Below, piece after piece: positions 12,379-22,713 of a stretch of DNA of 64,000 nt (the stretch's first letter is position 1; every line of letters begins with the position of its first letter). Made by a program: the position numbers and the translations under genes. This DNA comes from Nitrospiraceae bacterium. Lineage in GTDB: Bacteria > Nitrospirota > Nitrospiria > Nitrospirales > Nitrospiraceae. The stretch is from positions 9,301-73,300 of the forward strand of contig JBDZVU010000005.1 of assembly GCA_040255845.1 (NCBI GenBank), read 5' to 3'. The notes under the pieces are model-generated. The model saw nothing but the letters and a program-made list of their open reading frames with translations, had not been told where the DNA came from and did no database searches.

Positions 12379-13251
12379 GTGAGCATTCTCGTCAATAAGC
12401 AGACGCGCGTGGTCGTGCAAGGCATCACCGGGAAAGAAGGCTCCTTTCATGCGACGCAGTGTAAGGCCTACGGCACGAAAGTCGTCGCGGGGGTGACGCC
12501 CGGAAAGGCAGGCCAGGAGGTGGAAGGCATTCCGGTGTTCAACACCGTCGCGGACGCGGTGCGTAAGACCGAATGCGACACGTCGTTGATCTTCGTGCCG
12601 CCCCCCTTTTGCGCCGACGCCATTCTGGAGGCCGCCGATGCCGGCATCAAGCTGATCATCTGTATTACGGAAGGGATCCCGGTCAACGACATGGTGAAGG
12701 TCAAGCGCGCGTTGCGCGGACGAGACGTGCGCTTGATTGGACCCAATTGCCCGGGCGTCATTACGGTCGATGAGGCCAAGATCGGCATCATGCCGGGATT
12801 CATTCACAAACGAGGGGTGGTGGGAGTCGTCTCGCGCAGCGGCACCCTGACATATGAGGCGGTTCACCAGCTTTCGACGCTCGGGCTGGGTGAGACGACG
12901 TGCGTAGGTATCGGCGGAGATCCCGTGAATGGGACCGGCTTTGTCGACGTGCTGCCGTTGTTTGAAAAGGACCCCGAAACACAGGCCGTCGTCATGATCG
13001 GTGAGATCGGCGGCGATGCGGAAGAGAAAGCCGCCGAGTACATCAAGAAAAACGTCAAGAAGCCGGTGATCAGCTTCATCGCCGGCATCACCGCACCTCC
13101 CGGAAGACGAATGGGCCATGCGGGGGCCATCATCTCGGGCGGCAAAGGGACCGCGGCGGAAAAGATGAAGGCGCTCGAAGCCGCCGGGGTCAAGGTCGTG
13201 AAAAACCCAGCCGAAATCGGACTTGCAGTACAGAAGGCGTTGGGTCGCTGA
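12379..13251 (+). CDS. sucD: Succinyl-CoA synthetase alpha subunit
   Basis: [21 protein letters not shown] (GTG start with AAGAGG RBS). Phospho-His loop [10 protein letters not shown]. 290 aa. Confidence 0.9.
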   Translation: MSILVNKQTRVVVQGITGKEGSFHATQCKAYGTKVVAGVTPGKAGQEVEGIPVFNTVADAVRKTECDTSLIFVPPPFCADAILEAADAGIKLIICITEGIPVNDMVKVKRALRGRDVRLIGPNCPGVITVDEAKIGIMPGFIHKRGVVGVVSRSGTLTYEAVHQLSTLGLGETTCVGIGGDPVNGTGFVDVLPLFEKDPETQAVVMIGEIGGDAEEKAAEYIKKNVKKPVISFIAGITAPPGRRMGHAGAIISGGKGTAAEKMKALEAAGVKVVKNPAEIGLAVQKALGR

Positions 13252-13274
13252 CAGGCTTTCCAAAGCCGCGCGAC

Positions 13275-13312
13275 CGGGGGTGTCGGCGTCGGCCGGCACC
13301 CCCGCGTTGTTT
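13275..13312 (+). terminator. Intrinsic terminator candidate after sucD
   Basis: 13-bp GC-rich stem (13275-13287 / 13292-13304, one G-U pair), 4-nt loop, then TTGTTT. Confidence 0.5.
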
Positions 13313-13341
13313 CGGGAGGGTCTAAGCACAAGGAGGCGACG

Positions 13342-14202
13342 ATGCAATCCTGGATGGCAGCACTCTGCACGGCATTCGCTGCGGCATTGCTAGCGGCACC
13401 GGCTCTCGCTGAGCCGCGCACGACGCTGACCTGGCACGGCCACGCGGCTTTTGAAATCACGATTCCTTCCGGCAAAATTCTTCTGATCGACCCTTGGCTG
13501 AACAATCCCATGAATCCGCATGTAAAGGAGAAGCAGGACCCGATCGAGCATATCGCCAAGGCGGACTACATTCTCGTGACGCACGGGCATTTCGACCACG
13601 TTGGGGACGCGGTCGCCATCGCGAAAAAGACCGGCGCCCGATTGATTGCGAATTACGAACTGGGGACGAATCTCGTCAAGCTGCAAGGCTTTCCAAAGGA
13701 GCAGGTGGGCTTCGACACGCTGATGAATCCCGGTGGAGAAATTTCCATCGCAGACGGTGAAGTGCTCGTCGCCATGACGCCCGCCATTCATTCAAGCGGC
13801 ATGAACAATCCGTTGGCGACCGAACATGACGCCGACTTGGCCTACGGCGGAAACCCAGGCGGGTTCGTCTTGAAGATCAAAAACGGTCCGACCATTTATC
13901 ACTCCGGAGACACGGCCTACTTCAAAGACATGGAGCTGATTGGGGAGCAGTACGCGCCGGACGTGGCACTGCTGAACATTGGCGGTCACTTCGGCATGGA
14001 GCCCGCCATGGCGGCCCGGGCGGCGGCGAGCGTGAAGGCCAAGCTCGCCATCCCGCACCATTTCGGCACCTTTCCCGTCCTCACGCAGGACCCTCAGTCA
14101 TTCGCCGCTGCGTTGAAAGCCCGCAAGATCGGATTTCGCGCGATGACGCCGGGATCAACCTTGGTGTTCGAAGGGAAGAAGGTGAAGTCCGAGGGACATT
14201 GA
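13342..14202 (+). CDS. Secreted metallo-beta-lactamase-fold hydrolase (UPF0173-like)
   Basis: Signal peptide ...LLAAPALA-EP. Motif THGHFDHVGD. AAGGAGG RBS. Confidence 0.7.
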   Translation: MQSWMAALCTAFAAALLAAPALAEPRTTLTWHGHAAFEITIPSGKILLIDPWLNNPMNPHVKEKQDPIEHIAKADYILVTHGHFDHVGDAVAIAKKTGARLIANYELGTNLVKLQGFPKEQVGFDTLMNPGGEISIADGEVLVAMTPAIHSSGMNNPLATEHDADLAYGGNPGGFVLKIKNGPTIYHSGDTAYFKDMELIGEQYAPDVALLNIGGHFGMEPAMAARAAASVKAKLAIPHHFGTFPVLTQDPQSFAAALKARKIGFRAMTPGSTLVFEGKKVKSEGH

Positions 14203-14203
14203 T

Positions 14204-14959
14204 TCACGCGACTTCGGAAGCCGCGTTCCGTTCCTCGCCCGATTCCAAAGACTTCAGGATTTCATCGGCCCAGAGCCAGGGCGATCCTTCGTCCTCATGT
14301 TTGCAATAGACGAAGCAGTCCTGACCTCGGCCTGTCAGTTCTGCGAATCGCCTTGCCCACCGTCGGAGCTCCTCTTGGTCGTAGGTACTCTTCCGCAGGC
14401 GGGTATAGCGAAATGGTGCGGTGTCCCGATCTTCCGCCGGATGCTCATCCGTCTCCACGGCCGCCCAGGCCACGCCGTGGCGTTGCAGCAAGTGTTCGAT
14501 CGACGAGTCGTGCCAGCTGTCATGGCGGAATTCGATGGCCCACGAATAACCGGTCGGCAACTGGTCAAGAAAAGCCGCGAGCCGGCCATCGTCGCGCGGA
14601 AGGTTAGGGGGAAGCTGGAGGAGAATGGGACCTAACCTCCCGGCCTGGCGAAGAGGTTCCAGCCGTTCGAGCATGGCGGTGAGGGTCGGCCATCCTTCGG
14701 GTTTCAGGCGCTGGATATGGGTAATTTGCCGGTGAGCCTTCGGTGCGAATACAAAGTGAGCAGGGGAATGGTCGAGCCAGGCCTGGACGGCTTTCGCGGT
14801 GGGCAGACGGTACCACAATCCGTCCAGTTCAACCGTGGAGTAGCGGCCGGCGTAGTGCCGAAGAAATGCGTCGGGCTTTAGGCCGACCGGATAGAACCGG
14901 TCGGGTCCTTGCCAGGCTTTGTAGGAATACCCCGAGAGACCGACGTAGCAGCGCGCCAT
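14204..14959 (-). CDS. DUF72 (YecE-like) family protein
   Basis: N-terminus YVGLSGYSYKAWQGPDRFYP...YSTVELDGLWYRLP is typical of DUF72. 32 nt downstream of the VIT1 gene on the same strand. Confidence 0.7.
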   Translation of the reverse strand: MARCYVGLSGYSYKAWQGPDRFYPVGLKPDAFLRHYAGRYSTVELDGLWYRLPTAKAVQAWLDHSPAHFVFAPKAHRQITHIQRLKPEGWPTLTAMLERLEPLRQAGRLGPILLQLPPNLPRDDGRLAAFLDQLPTGYSWAIEFRHDSWHDSSIEHLLQRHGVAWAAVETDEHPAEDRDTAPFRYTRLRKSTYDQEELRRWARRFAELTGRGQDCFVYCKHEDEGSPWLWADEILKSLESGEERNAASEVA

Positions 14960-14991
14960 GGCACCAGCCTACGCGAGGGCCGCGGCCTCGC

Positions 14992-15957
14992 TTACAGGGA
15001 AATGCCCCAGACCTGCTTTGCGAGCAGGCCGATGCCGTAGGTGACGCACACGGCAAGGGCGAGGATGATGAGGTTTAAAGCAATCCGGCGCTTGATATCC
15101 ATCCCGGAGAGGAAGGATAGGACAGTCGACACGGCGATGACCATCAGACCAGCTGTGACGATTGAATAGATAGCGGTCGTGGCTCCGAAGAGGACCGGCA
15201 AGACGGGAATGACCGCCCCGGTCAGATAGGCCGATCCGACGACGATCGCGGAGGCGAGCGGAGGTTCTTCCATAAAACTCAACTCGCTGTCCTCGCCAAG
15301 AAAAATCTTCTTAGCCGTCTCGGTTGACTTCACCTCCTTTTCGGAATTGAGCGCCAAAAATGCGCCGGCGCCCATCGAGAGCGCGCCGGCGACGGCAGTG
15401 GTCGTGGCCGCAATGAGGACCATCGTGGCGCTCCCAAAGGCACCGAAGAATCCGCTCACGGCGCCAAGGATTTCCACCAGCCCGTCATTTAAGCCCAAAA
15501 AGATATTGCGAATTTGTTCGGCGTTGATCTTCCGTTGGGTGAGGGCCGTGACCAGCGTATCTTCGTGCTTGAACTCGTCCAGCAAGATGCCCCGTAATGC
15601 TTTTCCAAGGGGCTGGTGTTGATAGTCTCTCCACAGGGCCAAATACTTTCTGACGCCGTGGACTTCGATCGCCTCCAACGCCAAATGAATGCCGGTCGTG
15701 CCGAGAAATCGACAGGCCAGCAGCATGACGAAGAGCTTCACGCGGCGTCCGATATCGAGCCGGTCGATGGGGTATCCAAAAAACTTTTGCCAGAAGGCGA
15801 AATGCTCCGTCTCAACCGTGATCAATTCGCGGAGGGTCGCTCTGGACTCGTCATCGACGGAGATGTCGTGCAGGGCTTTGTAGAGCGAGAGGTCGAACAG
15901 TTCGTCGAGTATGAGCGCGCGGGCCAGAGAAGGGTCGTATTGATAGGGAGCCGCCAT
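14992..15957 (-). CDS. Ferritin-like domain fused to a VIT1/CCC1 iron/manganese transporter
   Basis: N-terminal rubrerythrin/ferritin-like helices (ETEHFAFWQKF). C-terminal VIT1 motif FLGLNDGLVEILGAVSGF followed by TM helices. Confidence 0.75.
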   Translation of the reverse strand: MAAPYQYDPSLARALILDELFDLSLYKALHDISVDDESRATLRELITVETEHFAFWQKFFGYPIDRLDIGRRVKLFVMLLACRFLGTTGIHLALEAIEVHGVRKYLALWRDYQHQPLGKALRGILLDEFKHEDTLVTALTQRKINAEQIRNIFLGLNDGLVEILGAVSGFFGAFGSATMVLIAATTTAVAGALSMGAGAFLALNSEKEVKSTETAKKIFLGEDSELSFMEEPPLASAIVVGSAYLTGAVIPVLPVLFGATTAIYSIVTAGLMVIAVSTVLSFLSGMDIKRRIALNLIILALAVCVTYGIGLLAKQVWGISL

Positions 15958-15980
15958 CGATATCCTGTGCTTCAGGAACG

Positions 15981-16009
15981 ATGATACTCTCCGCCAACAC
16001 CCTCCTCAA
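15981..16009 (-). promoter_or_regulatory. Candidate sigma70 promoter of the VIT1-DUF72 unit
   Basis: Minus strand: TTGAGG (16009-16004), 17 nt, TATCAT (15986-15981), about 25 nt upstream of ATG 15957. Confidence 0.45.
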
Positions 16010-16264
16010 GCCACGCGATAGACCGTCCCCTGGTCTTATTATGATGTCGTTGGGAACCGTTCTTTGTCAGCCGGTTGGAAGCGCGTCGACAGCTGCAGCC
16101 CTTGAAGCGTTGGACTCTTGGTGTGGTACCGTTTCCCATCCGGATTCAAGGCGGTTGCGGGCAGGGATTCGAGCAACGAGTCTCAAGCGGGCTGGTACGG
16201 GCTCTGGGCACAAGCAACCACTCCACGATCACCAACGAGCAAACCGGTGTCGCTCAAGACTCGC

Positions 16265-16390
16265 CTAACCCAGCATGAAATAGACGCTCAGGCCGACCAC
16301 GGCGACGAATGCTGCGCCGAACATCACCTTTTCGTGTCCGCAGAGCCCTTCCTGGGCTTTACAGGCTGCGAGCGAGCACATCAGTGACAT
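16265..16390 (-). CDS. Untracked 41-aa micro-protein: Cys/His-rich N-terminus plus one TM helix (MSLMCSLAACKAQEGLCGHEKVMFGAAFVAVVGLSVYFMLG)
   Basis: ATG 16390 is preceded by GGAGG (16400-16396) with a 5-nt spacer, and by its own TTGACT-17-TATCGT promoter. Stop is TAG at 16267-16265. Below the 60-aa cut-off of the ORF track. Confidence 0.55.
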   Translation of the reverse strand: MSLMCSLAACKAQEGLCGHEKVMFGAAFVAVVGLSVYFMLG

Positions 16391-16417
16391 CGCGACCTCC
16401 ATTTGAAGCGTTGAAGA

Positions 16418-16446
16418 ACGATACTCTTCCTTCGCTGTTCAGTCAA
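16418..16446 (-). promoter_or_regulatory. Candidate sigma70 promoter of the 41-aa micro-ORF
   Basis: Minus strand: TTGACT (16446-16441), 17 nt, TATCGT (16423-16418). Confidence 0.45.
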
Positions 16447-16522
16447 CGCTGGGGCCCTCGAGAGGGGGTCAGGAATCGTCTGCAAGGGAACGATAACGCA
16501 TCAAACCTGTAAGGAGCGGCTT

Positions 16523-17365
16523 ATGCAGTACCGACATGAGAACTCGGTCACAGGGGCAGCGGGCCCTGTCGTAGCCCTACTCATCATCGTGGTTGCCGTG
16601 GCATGCTTGGCCTGCGCGGCACCACATGTCCGACCAGCACAGCAGCAAGTCCGGTACATCGACCTGACGCATGCCTTCGGGAAAGACACGATTGTATGGC
16701 CGACGGAAGAGCCGTTTGTGCTCATCCCTCAATATGCCGGCGACATGCCAGCCGGGTATTTTTATGCCTCCAATCGTCTCCGGATGCCGGAGCACGGGGG
16801 CACCCATATCGATGCCCCCATCCACTTTGCCCACGGTGGCCACACGCTGGATCAGGTGCCGCTCGACCGTCTCATGGGGCCCGGCGTCCGGATCGATGTG
16901 GTTGCGCCATGCAGCCAAGATCGCGACTACCGCATCACGATCCAGGATTTCCAACGGTGGGAGGCTGCGCACGGCCGTATCCCGGACGCCGCCATCGTGC
17001 TTCTGCAGACGGGATTTGCCAGGCACTGGCCGGTGCGAAAAGACTATCTGGGGACCGAATTGACGGGATCTGAAGGGGTAGGGGCACTGAGGTTTCCCGG
17101 CCTGCATCCGGACGCGGCCAACTGGCTCATCCGCGAGCGCCGCGTGAAAGCGGTGGGCATCGACACGGCCTCGATTGATTACGGGCGTTCAACGAAGTTC
17201 GAGGCGCATGTCGCCTTGCTGTCCCAGAGTGTGCCCGTGTTCGAGAATCTCGATGATCTGAGCACCGTGCCGATGCGCGGCTTTGACGTGATCGCGCTTC
17301 CCATGAAGATCCTGGGCGGCACCGGCGGTCCGCTGCGCATCATCGCGGTCGCGGCGTCGGAGTAG
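16523..17365 (+). CDS. Cyclase-family protein (arylformamidase/kynurenine formamidase-like), N-terminally membrane anchored or secreted
   Basis: Motif EHGGTHIDAPIHF. N-terminal hydrophobic segment VVALLIIVVAVACLACAA. AAGGAG RBS. Confidence 0.7.
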   Translation: MQYRHENSVTGAAGPVVALLIIVVAVACLACAAPHVRPAQQQVRYIDLTHAFGKDTIVWPTEEPFVLIPQYAGDMPAGYFYASNRLRMPEHGGTHIDAPIHFAHGGHTLDQVPLDRLMGPGVRIDVVAPCSQDRDYRITIQDFQRWEAAHGRIPDAAIVLLQTGFARHWPVRKDYLGTELTGSEGVGALRFPGLHPDAANWLIRERRVKAVGIDTASIDYGRSTKFEAHVALLSQSVPVFENLDDLSTVPMRGFDVIALPMKILGGTGGPLRIIAVAASE

Positions 17366-17370
17366 GATCC

Positions 17371-17403
17371 CAAAAATGCAAAGGCCGCCACATGGCGGCC
17401 TTT
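17371..17403 (-). terminator. Intrinsic terminator after ahcY, between convergent genes
   Basis: Perfect 10-bp stem AAAGGCCGCC/GGCGGCCTTT (17380-17403) with a 4-nt loop. On the minus strand a T5 run follows 3 nt later. Confidence 0.7.
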
Positions 17404-17438
17404 GGAGGGGTGATGGATGCCGAACGGGGCCGTGTGAG

Positions 17439-18737
<1,299 letters not shown>

Positions 18738-18740
18738 TCA

Positions 18741-18770
18741 CAAAAAAGGGGCGGGTCACTCACCCGCCCC
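18741..18770 (-). terminator. Intrinsic terminator/attenuator between metK and ahcY
   Basis: 9-bp stem GGGGCGGGT/ACCCGCCCC (18748-18756 / 18762-18770), 5-nt loop, then T6 on the minus strand (18747-18742). Confidence 0.7.
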
Positions 18771-18794
18771 TGAGTCTTTCGGCCTCACCGGCGA

Positions 18795-19943
18795 CTACAG
18801 GCCTGCGTCCTTGCGGAGCGCGCGGGCCTTGTCCGTCTTTTCCCAGGTGAACTCCGTTTCGTTGCGGCCGAAGTGCCCATAGGCCGCTGTCTTGCGGAAG
18901 ATCGGCCGGCGAAGCTTGAGGTGTTCGATAATGCCGCGCGGCGTCATGGGGAAATGCTTCCGCACCAGCTTGTCAAGATTGTCCACCGACACGGTTTCGG
19001 TGTTCTTCGTGTCCACCAGGACCGAAACGGGGTCCGCCACGCCGATCGCGTAGGCCAGCTGGACCTCGCACTTCTCAGCCAGCCCGGCCGCGACGATGTT
19101 CTTGGCGATGTAGCGCGCCATGTAGGAGGCCGACCGGTCCACCTTCGTGGGATCCTTGCCGGAAAAGGCCCCGCCTCCGTGGCTCCCGTGACCGCCGTAA
19201 GTGTCGACGATGATTTTGCGCCCCGTGAGCCCCGTGTCGCCCATCGGCCCGCCGACCACGAACCGGCCGGTGGGGTTGATATGGTGCTTTACGCTGGTGG
19301 GGTCGTACAAGCCCTTCGGCATGACGGGCCGAATGACCTTTTCCATGATGTCGCGTTCGATCTGCCGGCTGGTCACGTCGGGGCTGTGCTGGGTGGACAC
19401 GACGATGGTGTCGATCCGCACCGGCTTGCCGTTCTTGTATTCCACCGTCACCTGAGACTTCCCGTCAGGGCGAACCCACTTCAAGATGTTCTTCTTCCGG
19501 ACCTCCGCCAACCGCCGAGTGAGCCGATGGGCCAGGACGATCGGCATGGGCATCAGCTCCGCTGTTTCATTGGTGGCGTACCCGAACATCAGCCCCTGGT
19601 CGCCCGCGCCGCCGGAATCCACCCCCATGGCGATGTCACCGGATTGTTGATGGATCGACGTCAGGACCGAGCAGGTATGGTAGTCAAATCCCCAGGACGC
19701 ATCGCAGTAGCCCACGTCCTTAATGACATCGCGAATGATGTCCGGAATCTCCACATAGGCTTTGGTGCTAATCTCACCGGCGACGAAGGCAATGCCGGTG
19801 GTGAGGATGGTTTCGCAGGCGACGCGGGAGTACTTGTCTTGGGCGATGATGGCATCCAGAATGCCGTCCGAGATTTGGTCGGCGATCTTGTCCGGATGCC
19901 CTTCGGTGACGGATTCGGACGTAAAGAGATAGTGATTTCTCAT
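18795..19943 (-). CDS. metK: S-adenosylmethionine synthetase
   Basis: [26 protein letters not shown]. The internal ATG at 19943 with a GAGGG RBS is chosen over the 426-aa ORF-track start. Confidence 0.92.
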   Translation of the reverse strand: MRNHYLFTSESVTEGHPDKIADQISDGILDAIIAQDKYSRVACETILTTGIAFVAGEISTKAYVEIPDIIRDVIKDVGYCDASWGFDYHTCSVLTSIHQQSGDIAMGVDSGGAGDQGLMFGYATNETAELMPMPIVLAHRLTRRLAEVRKKNILKWVRPDGKSQVTVEYKNGKPVRIDTIVVSTQHSPDVTSRQIERDIMEKVIRPVMPKGLYDPTSVKHHINPTGRFVVGGPMGDTGLTGRKIIVDTYGGHGSHGGGAFSGKDPTKVDRSASYMARYIAKNIVAAGLAEKCEVQLAYAIGVADPVSVLVDTKNTETVSVDNLDKLVRKHFPMTPRGIIEHLKLRRPIFRKTAAYGHFGRNETEFTWEKTDKARALRKDAGL

Positions 19944-20068
19944 TCGCTGCCCTCTATGTTCAGGGTTATGCTCGCCGGGGACTCTAATGTTCAGGTTGCG
20001 GTTAGAATAGCGGAGTCCGCCGCCATTGTCTATCACTCCTCTCGTAGGGGTTGCTCCGGGACATCGGC

Positions 20069-20098
20069 TTGACACTGGTTTTCAGCCGCTTGTAAGAT
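20069..20098 (+). promoter_or_regulatory. Candidate sigma70 promoter for the cytochrome c maturation operon
   Basis: TTGACA (20069-20074), 18 nt, TAAGAT (20093-20098). Confidence 0.5.
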
Positions 20099-20240
20099 GA
20101 TCAAATTTTCGCGGCCTTACGATTCCCCGCAATCCACGACTCCTAACAGGACGTAGTACAGGAGAGAGTCGGCGCTCTCTCGGGTGGGGTGTGAGATCTC
20201 GCCAGCGCGCCCTGTTCAGATCGATGGAACGCAAGCCACA

Positions 20241-21677
20241 ATGAACGGACAACCAGACGCTCTTCCGGAAGAACCGGCCGTCCGTCCCTCCGCCCCTCGA
20301 TTAGGGTGGGAGGAGTTCTCACGTGAACTGGTCGATTTCTTTGCGTCCATCAAGCTCGCCATCTTTCTGTTTCTATTCTTGGCCGTCACGGCCACGATCG
20401 GCACGGTCATTCAGCAGGGGGAGCGGCCGGAAGTCTACATCCAAGAGTACGGCGAACAGGCCTACCGCTGGTTCCTCCGGCTGGGATTTACCGACGTGTA
20501 CCACACCTGGTGGTTTACCAGCCTGCTGGGCTTGCTGTGCGTCAATTCCCTCACCTGCTTTTACAAGCGCTTCCCGGCAGTGTGGCGATCCATGAAGCAG
20601 GACAAGGTCGGCGTCACCCTGGCCTTTATTCAAAACCTCAAGCAGCACGCCGCAGTGCCGGTCTCAAACACGAAGGAAACCGTGGCGCAGCGCCTGCTGG
20701 AACACTTGGTTTCAAAAGGGTATCGGGTGCTCGCGAAGAACGAGCAGAGCGAGGTCACCGTCTACGCGACCAAGGGCGTACTGGGGCGGGTCGGTGCCCA
20801 CATGGCGCACCTGAGCGCGACGGTCATCGTGTTCGGCGGGCTCCTGGGGACCTACTACGGGTTCCAAGAATTCGGCGTCTGCCTGGAAGGGCAAACGTAC
20901 CATATCCCGCGTGGGAACTTTGATTTGAAGGTGGAAAAGTTCTGGATCGATTACCACGAGAACGGTTCGGTGAAGTCGTACAACAGCACGCTGACGGTGT
21001 TGGAAAGCGGGCAGCCCACGGTCACCAAAACCATCACCGTGAACGATCCACTGGTCTACAAAGGCATCTGGTTCTATCAGTCGAGCTATGGCGACTCCTG
21101 GGACCAAATCGAGATCGCCAGGGTCAACATCAAGGACAAAATCTCTGACAAGGTGTTGAAGACCATTGATTTGGAGTGGCAAAAGGAGCAAACGGTCCCT
21201 GATCTTCAACTCAAGTTGGCCGTCACCGACTTCGTTGCCGATTTCGCCTTCAACTCAACCGAGAAGAAGGTCTACTCAAAGACGGTCGAGCATGCCAATC
21301 CGGCGGTCAAACTGGCGATTCATGAAGGAAGCGCAGTGCAAGCCACTCCGTGGATCTTCCAGCAGTTCCCCGATCTCTTCGAAATCAAGGATTCCAAGTA
21401 TCAGTTCGAATTGGTGGGGTATAAGCCCAAGAAATTCACCGGACTCCAAATTGCCAAGAATCCCGGTATCAACATCGTCTGGACCGGTTGCACGATGATC
21501 GTGGTTGGCATTACTCTGTCGTCCGTGATTTACCATCGCCGGTTGTGGGCCAAAATTCTTCCAGCATCGGACGGCGGGGTGACCGTCCATGTCGGCGGGA
21601 CGACCCACAAGAGCCAGATTGATTTTCAAAAGGAATTCCGAAAGCTTACGGAGAAAATTCAGACGTTCGGCACATAG
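20241..21677 (+). CDS. ccsB: Cytochrome c biogenesis protein CcsB/ResB (System II)
   Basis: ResB architecture: N-terminal TM pair (FFASIKLAIFLFLFLAVTATIGTVIQQ), large periplasmic domain, C-terminal TM. Start ATG 20241 preferred; GTG 20184 is possible. Confidence 0.8.
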   Translation: MNGQPDALPEEPAVRPSAPRLGWEEFSRELVDFFASIKLAIFLFLFLAVTATIGTVIQQGERPEVYIQEYGEQAYRWFLRLGFTDVYHTWWFTSLLGLLCVNSLTCFYKRFPAVWRSMKQDKVGVTLAFIQNLKQHAAVPVSNTKETVAQRLLEHLVSKGYRVLAKNEQSEVTVYATKGVLGRVGAHMAHLSATVIVFGGLLGTYYGFQEFGVCLEGQTYHIPRGNFDLKVEKFWIDYHENGSVKSYNSTLTVLESGQPTVTKTITVNDPLVYKGIWFYQSSYGDSWDQIEIARVNIKDKISDKVLKTIDLEWQKEQTVPDLQLKLAVTDFVADFAFNSTEKKVYSKTVEHANPAVKLAIHEGSAVQATPWIFQQFPDLFEIKDSKYQFELVGYKPKKFTGLQIAKNPGINIVWTGCTMIVVGITLSSVIYHRRLWAKILPASDGGVTVHVGGTTHKSQIDFQKEFRKLTEKIQTFGT

Positions 21678-21703
21678 TTCGACCCTCCTGCGTGGCGATG
21701 CCT

Positions 21704-21727
21704 GGAGTATGATGAGGAGTATGATAA
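21704..21727 (+). repeat. Tandem 12-mer GGAGTATGATGA/GGAGTATGATAA that copies the ccsA initiation region
   Basis: Direct reading. A third copy, AGTATGATG, sits at the ccsA start (21765-21773). Confidence 0.8.
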
Positions 21728-21767
21728 AAAGAAGGCCCTGCGGAGACCATAGACGGAGGACGGCAGT

Positions 21768-22682
21768 ATGATGCGATCACTCTTCTTGTTCGATATGACG
21801 TTCTGGCTGTACCTGGCCGCTCTCGCATTGTATATCGCCTATCTCTTTGCCAGACGGCCCTCCATGGCGCTTGCGCCGGCCGGGCATCCGGCGGACAGCT
21901 TCGACGAGCGGGACGGTGCATGGGCGACTCAGCTCGGGCAGGTCGCCACGCTCGTCACTGTGTTCGGCTGGATCGTCAATACGGCGGCCCTCTTCACCCG
22001 CGCCTTTGAGCGGATGCAGCATTCTGGCACCTTTGCCCCTTGGTCCAACCAATTCGAGGCCATGGCCTATGTCTCGTGGGCCATCATTCTGGGCTATGTC
22101 CTGTTGGAACTCCGGTATAAGATCAAGGCCATCGGCGCCTTCGTGGTCGGGATCGGGTTCATTGCCATGGGTGCGGCCTCCCTGTTGCCGTACCGTTATC
22201 AGACCGCGGAGCCGTTGGTGCCGGCCCTGAACAGCTATTGGATCTACATCCACGTGTCGGTCACGCTGACCAGCTACGCCGCGTTTGCCATGGCAGGCGG
22301 GCTTGGCCTGATGTATCTGTTCAAGGAGCGAGCCGAGCAACGGGGGAGCCAATCTCGTTTCTATGCGGCGTTTCCCGACCTGGAAACGATCGACGAGCTC
22401 GGGTACAAAGCCATTATGATCGGATTCCCGCTCCTCGCCTTCGGCATCATTCTCGGGGCCATGTGGGCGAATTATGCATGGGGTGGCTACTGGAGCTGGG
22501 ATCCCAAGGAAACGTGGTCGTTGATTGTGTGGCTGATTTACGGAGCATACATCCACGCCAGAATGACGCGGGGATGGGAAGGGCGAAAAGCGGCCATCTA
22601 CGCCGTCTTCGGTTTCTTAATGGTAATTTTCTGCTTCTGGGGAGTGAATTTCCTACTGTCCGGCCTTCATGCATACGCCTAG
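21768..22682 (+). CDS. ccsA: Cytochrome c biogenesis protein CcsA/ResC (System II heme handling)
   Basis: WWD-type motif WGGYWSWDPKETWSL. Polytopic. GGAGGA RBS. Confidence 0.88.
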   Translation: MMRSLFLFDMTFWLYLAALALYIAYLFARRPSMALAPAGHPADSFDERDGAWATQLGQVATLVTVFGWIVNTAALFTRAFERMQHSGTFAPWSNQFEAMAYVSWAIILGYVLLELRYKIKAIGAFVVGIGFIAMGAASLLPYRYQTAEPLVPALNSYWIYIHVSVTLTSYAAFAMAGGLGLMYLFKERAEQRGSQSRFYAAFPDLETIDELGYKAIMIGFPLLAFGIILGAMWANYAWGGYWSWDPKETWSLIVWLIYGAYIHARMTRGWEGRKAAIYAVFGFLMVIFCFWGVNFLLSGLHAYA

Positions 22683-22713
22683 CCGGCTGTGACCTGCTGT
22701 CGACGAGGTCACC

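Noticed and set aside
11048-13251. Possibility that sucC/sucD are citryl-CoA synthetase (ccsAB) rather than succinyl-CoA synthetase
   Set aside because: A bona fide two-subunit ATP-citrate lyase is encoded 9 kb upstream. The sizes and N-termini (MNVHEFQAK..., [18 protein letters not shown]...) are classical SucCD. Phylogeny would be needed for certainty.
11809-13347. 512-aa ORF antisense to sucC/sucD
   Set aside because: It lies entirely opposite two genes with unambiguous SucC/SucD motifs. The composition is Arg/Ala/Gly/Pro-rich, as is typical of antisense frames in high-GC DNA. I recognise no motifs.
15958-16264. ORFs of 67-95 aa on the plus strand (15981-16268, 16075-16278, 16118-16387), and a weak Fur-box-like AT-rich patch (TTATTATGATGTCG, about 16037-16052) upstream of VIT1
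   Set aside because: The plus-strand ORFs have no RBS and show shadow composition. The Fur-like patch matches too few positions of the GATAATGATAATCATTATC consensus to call.
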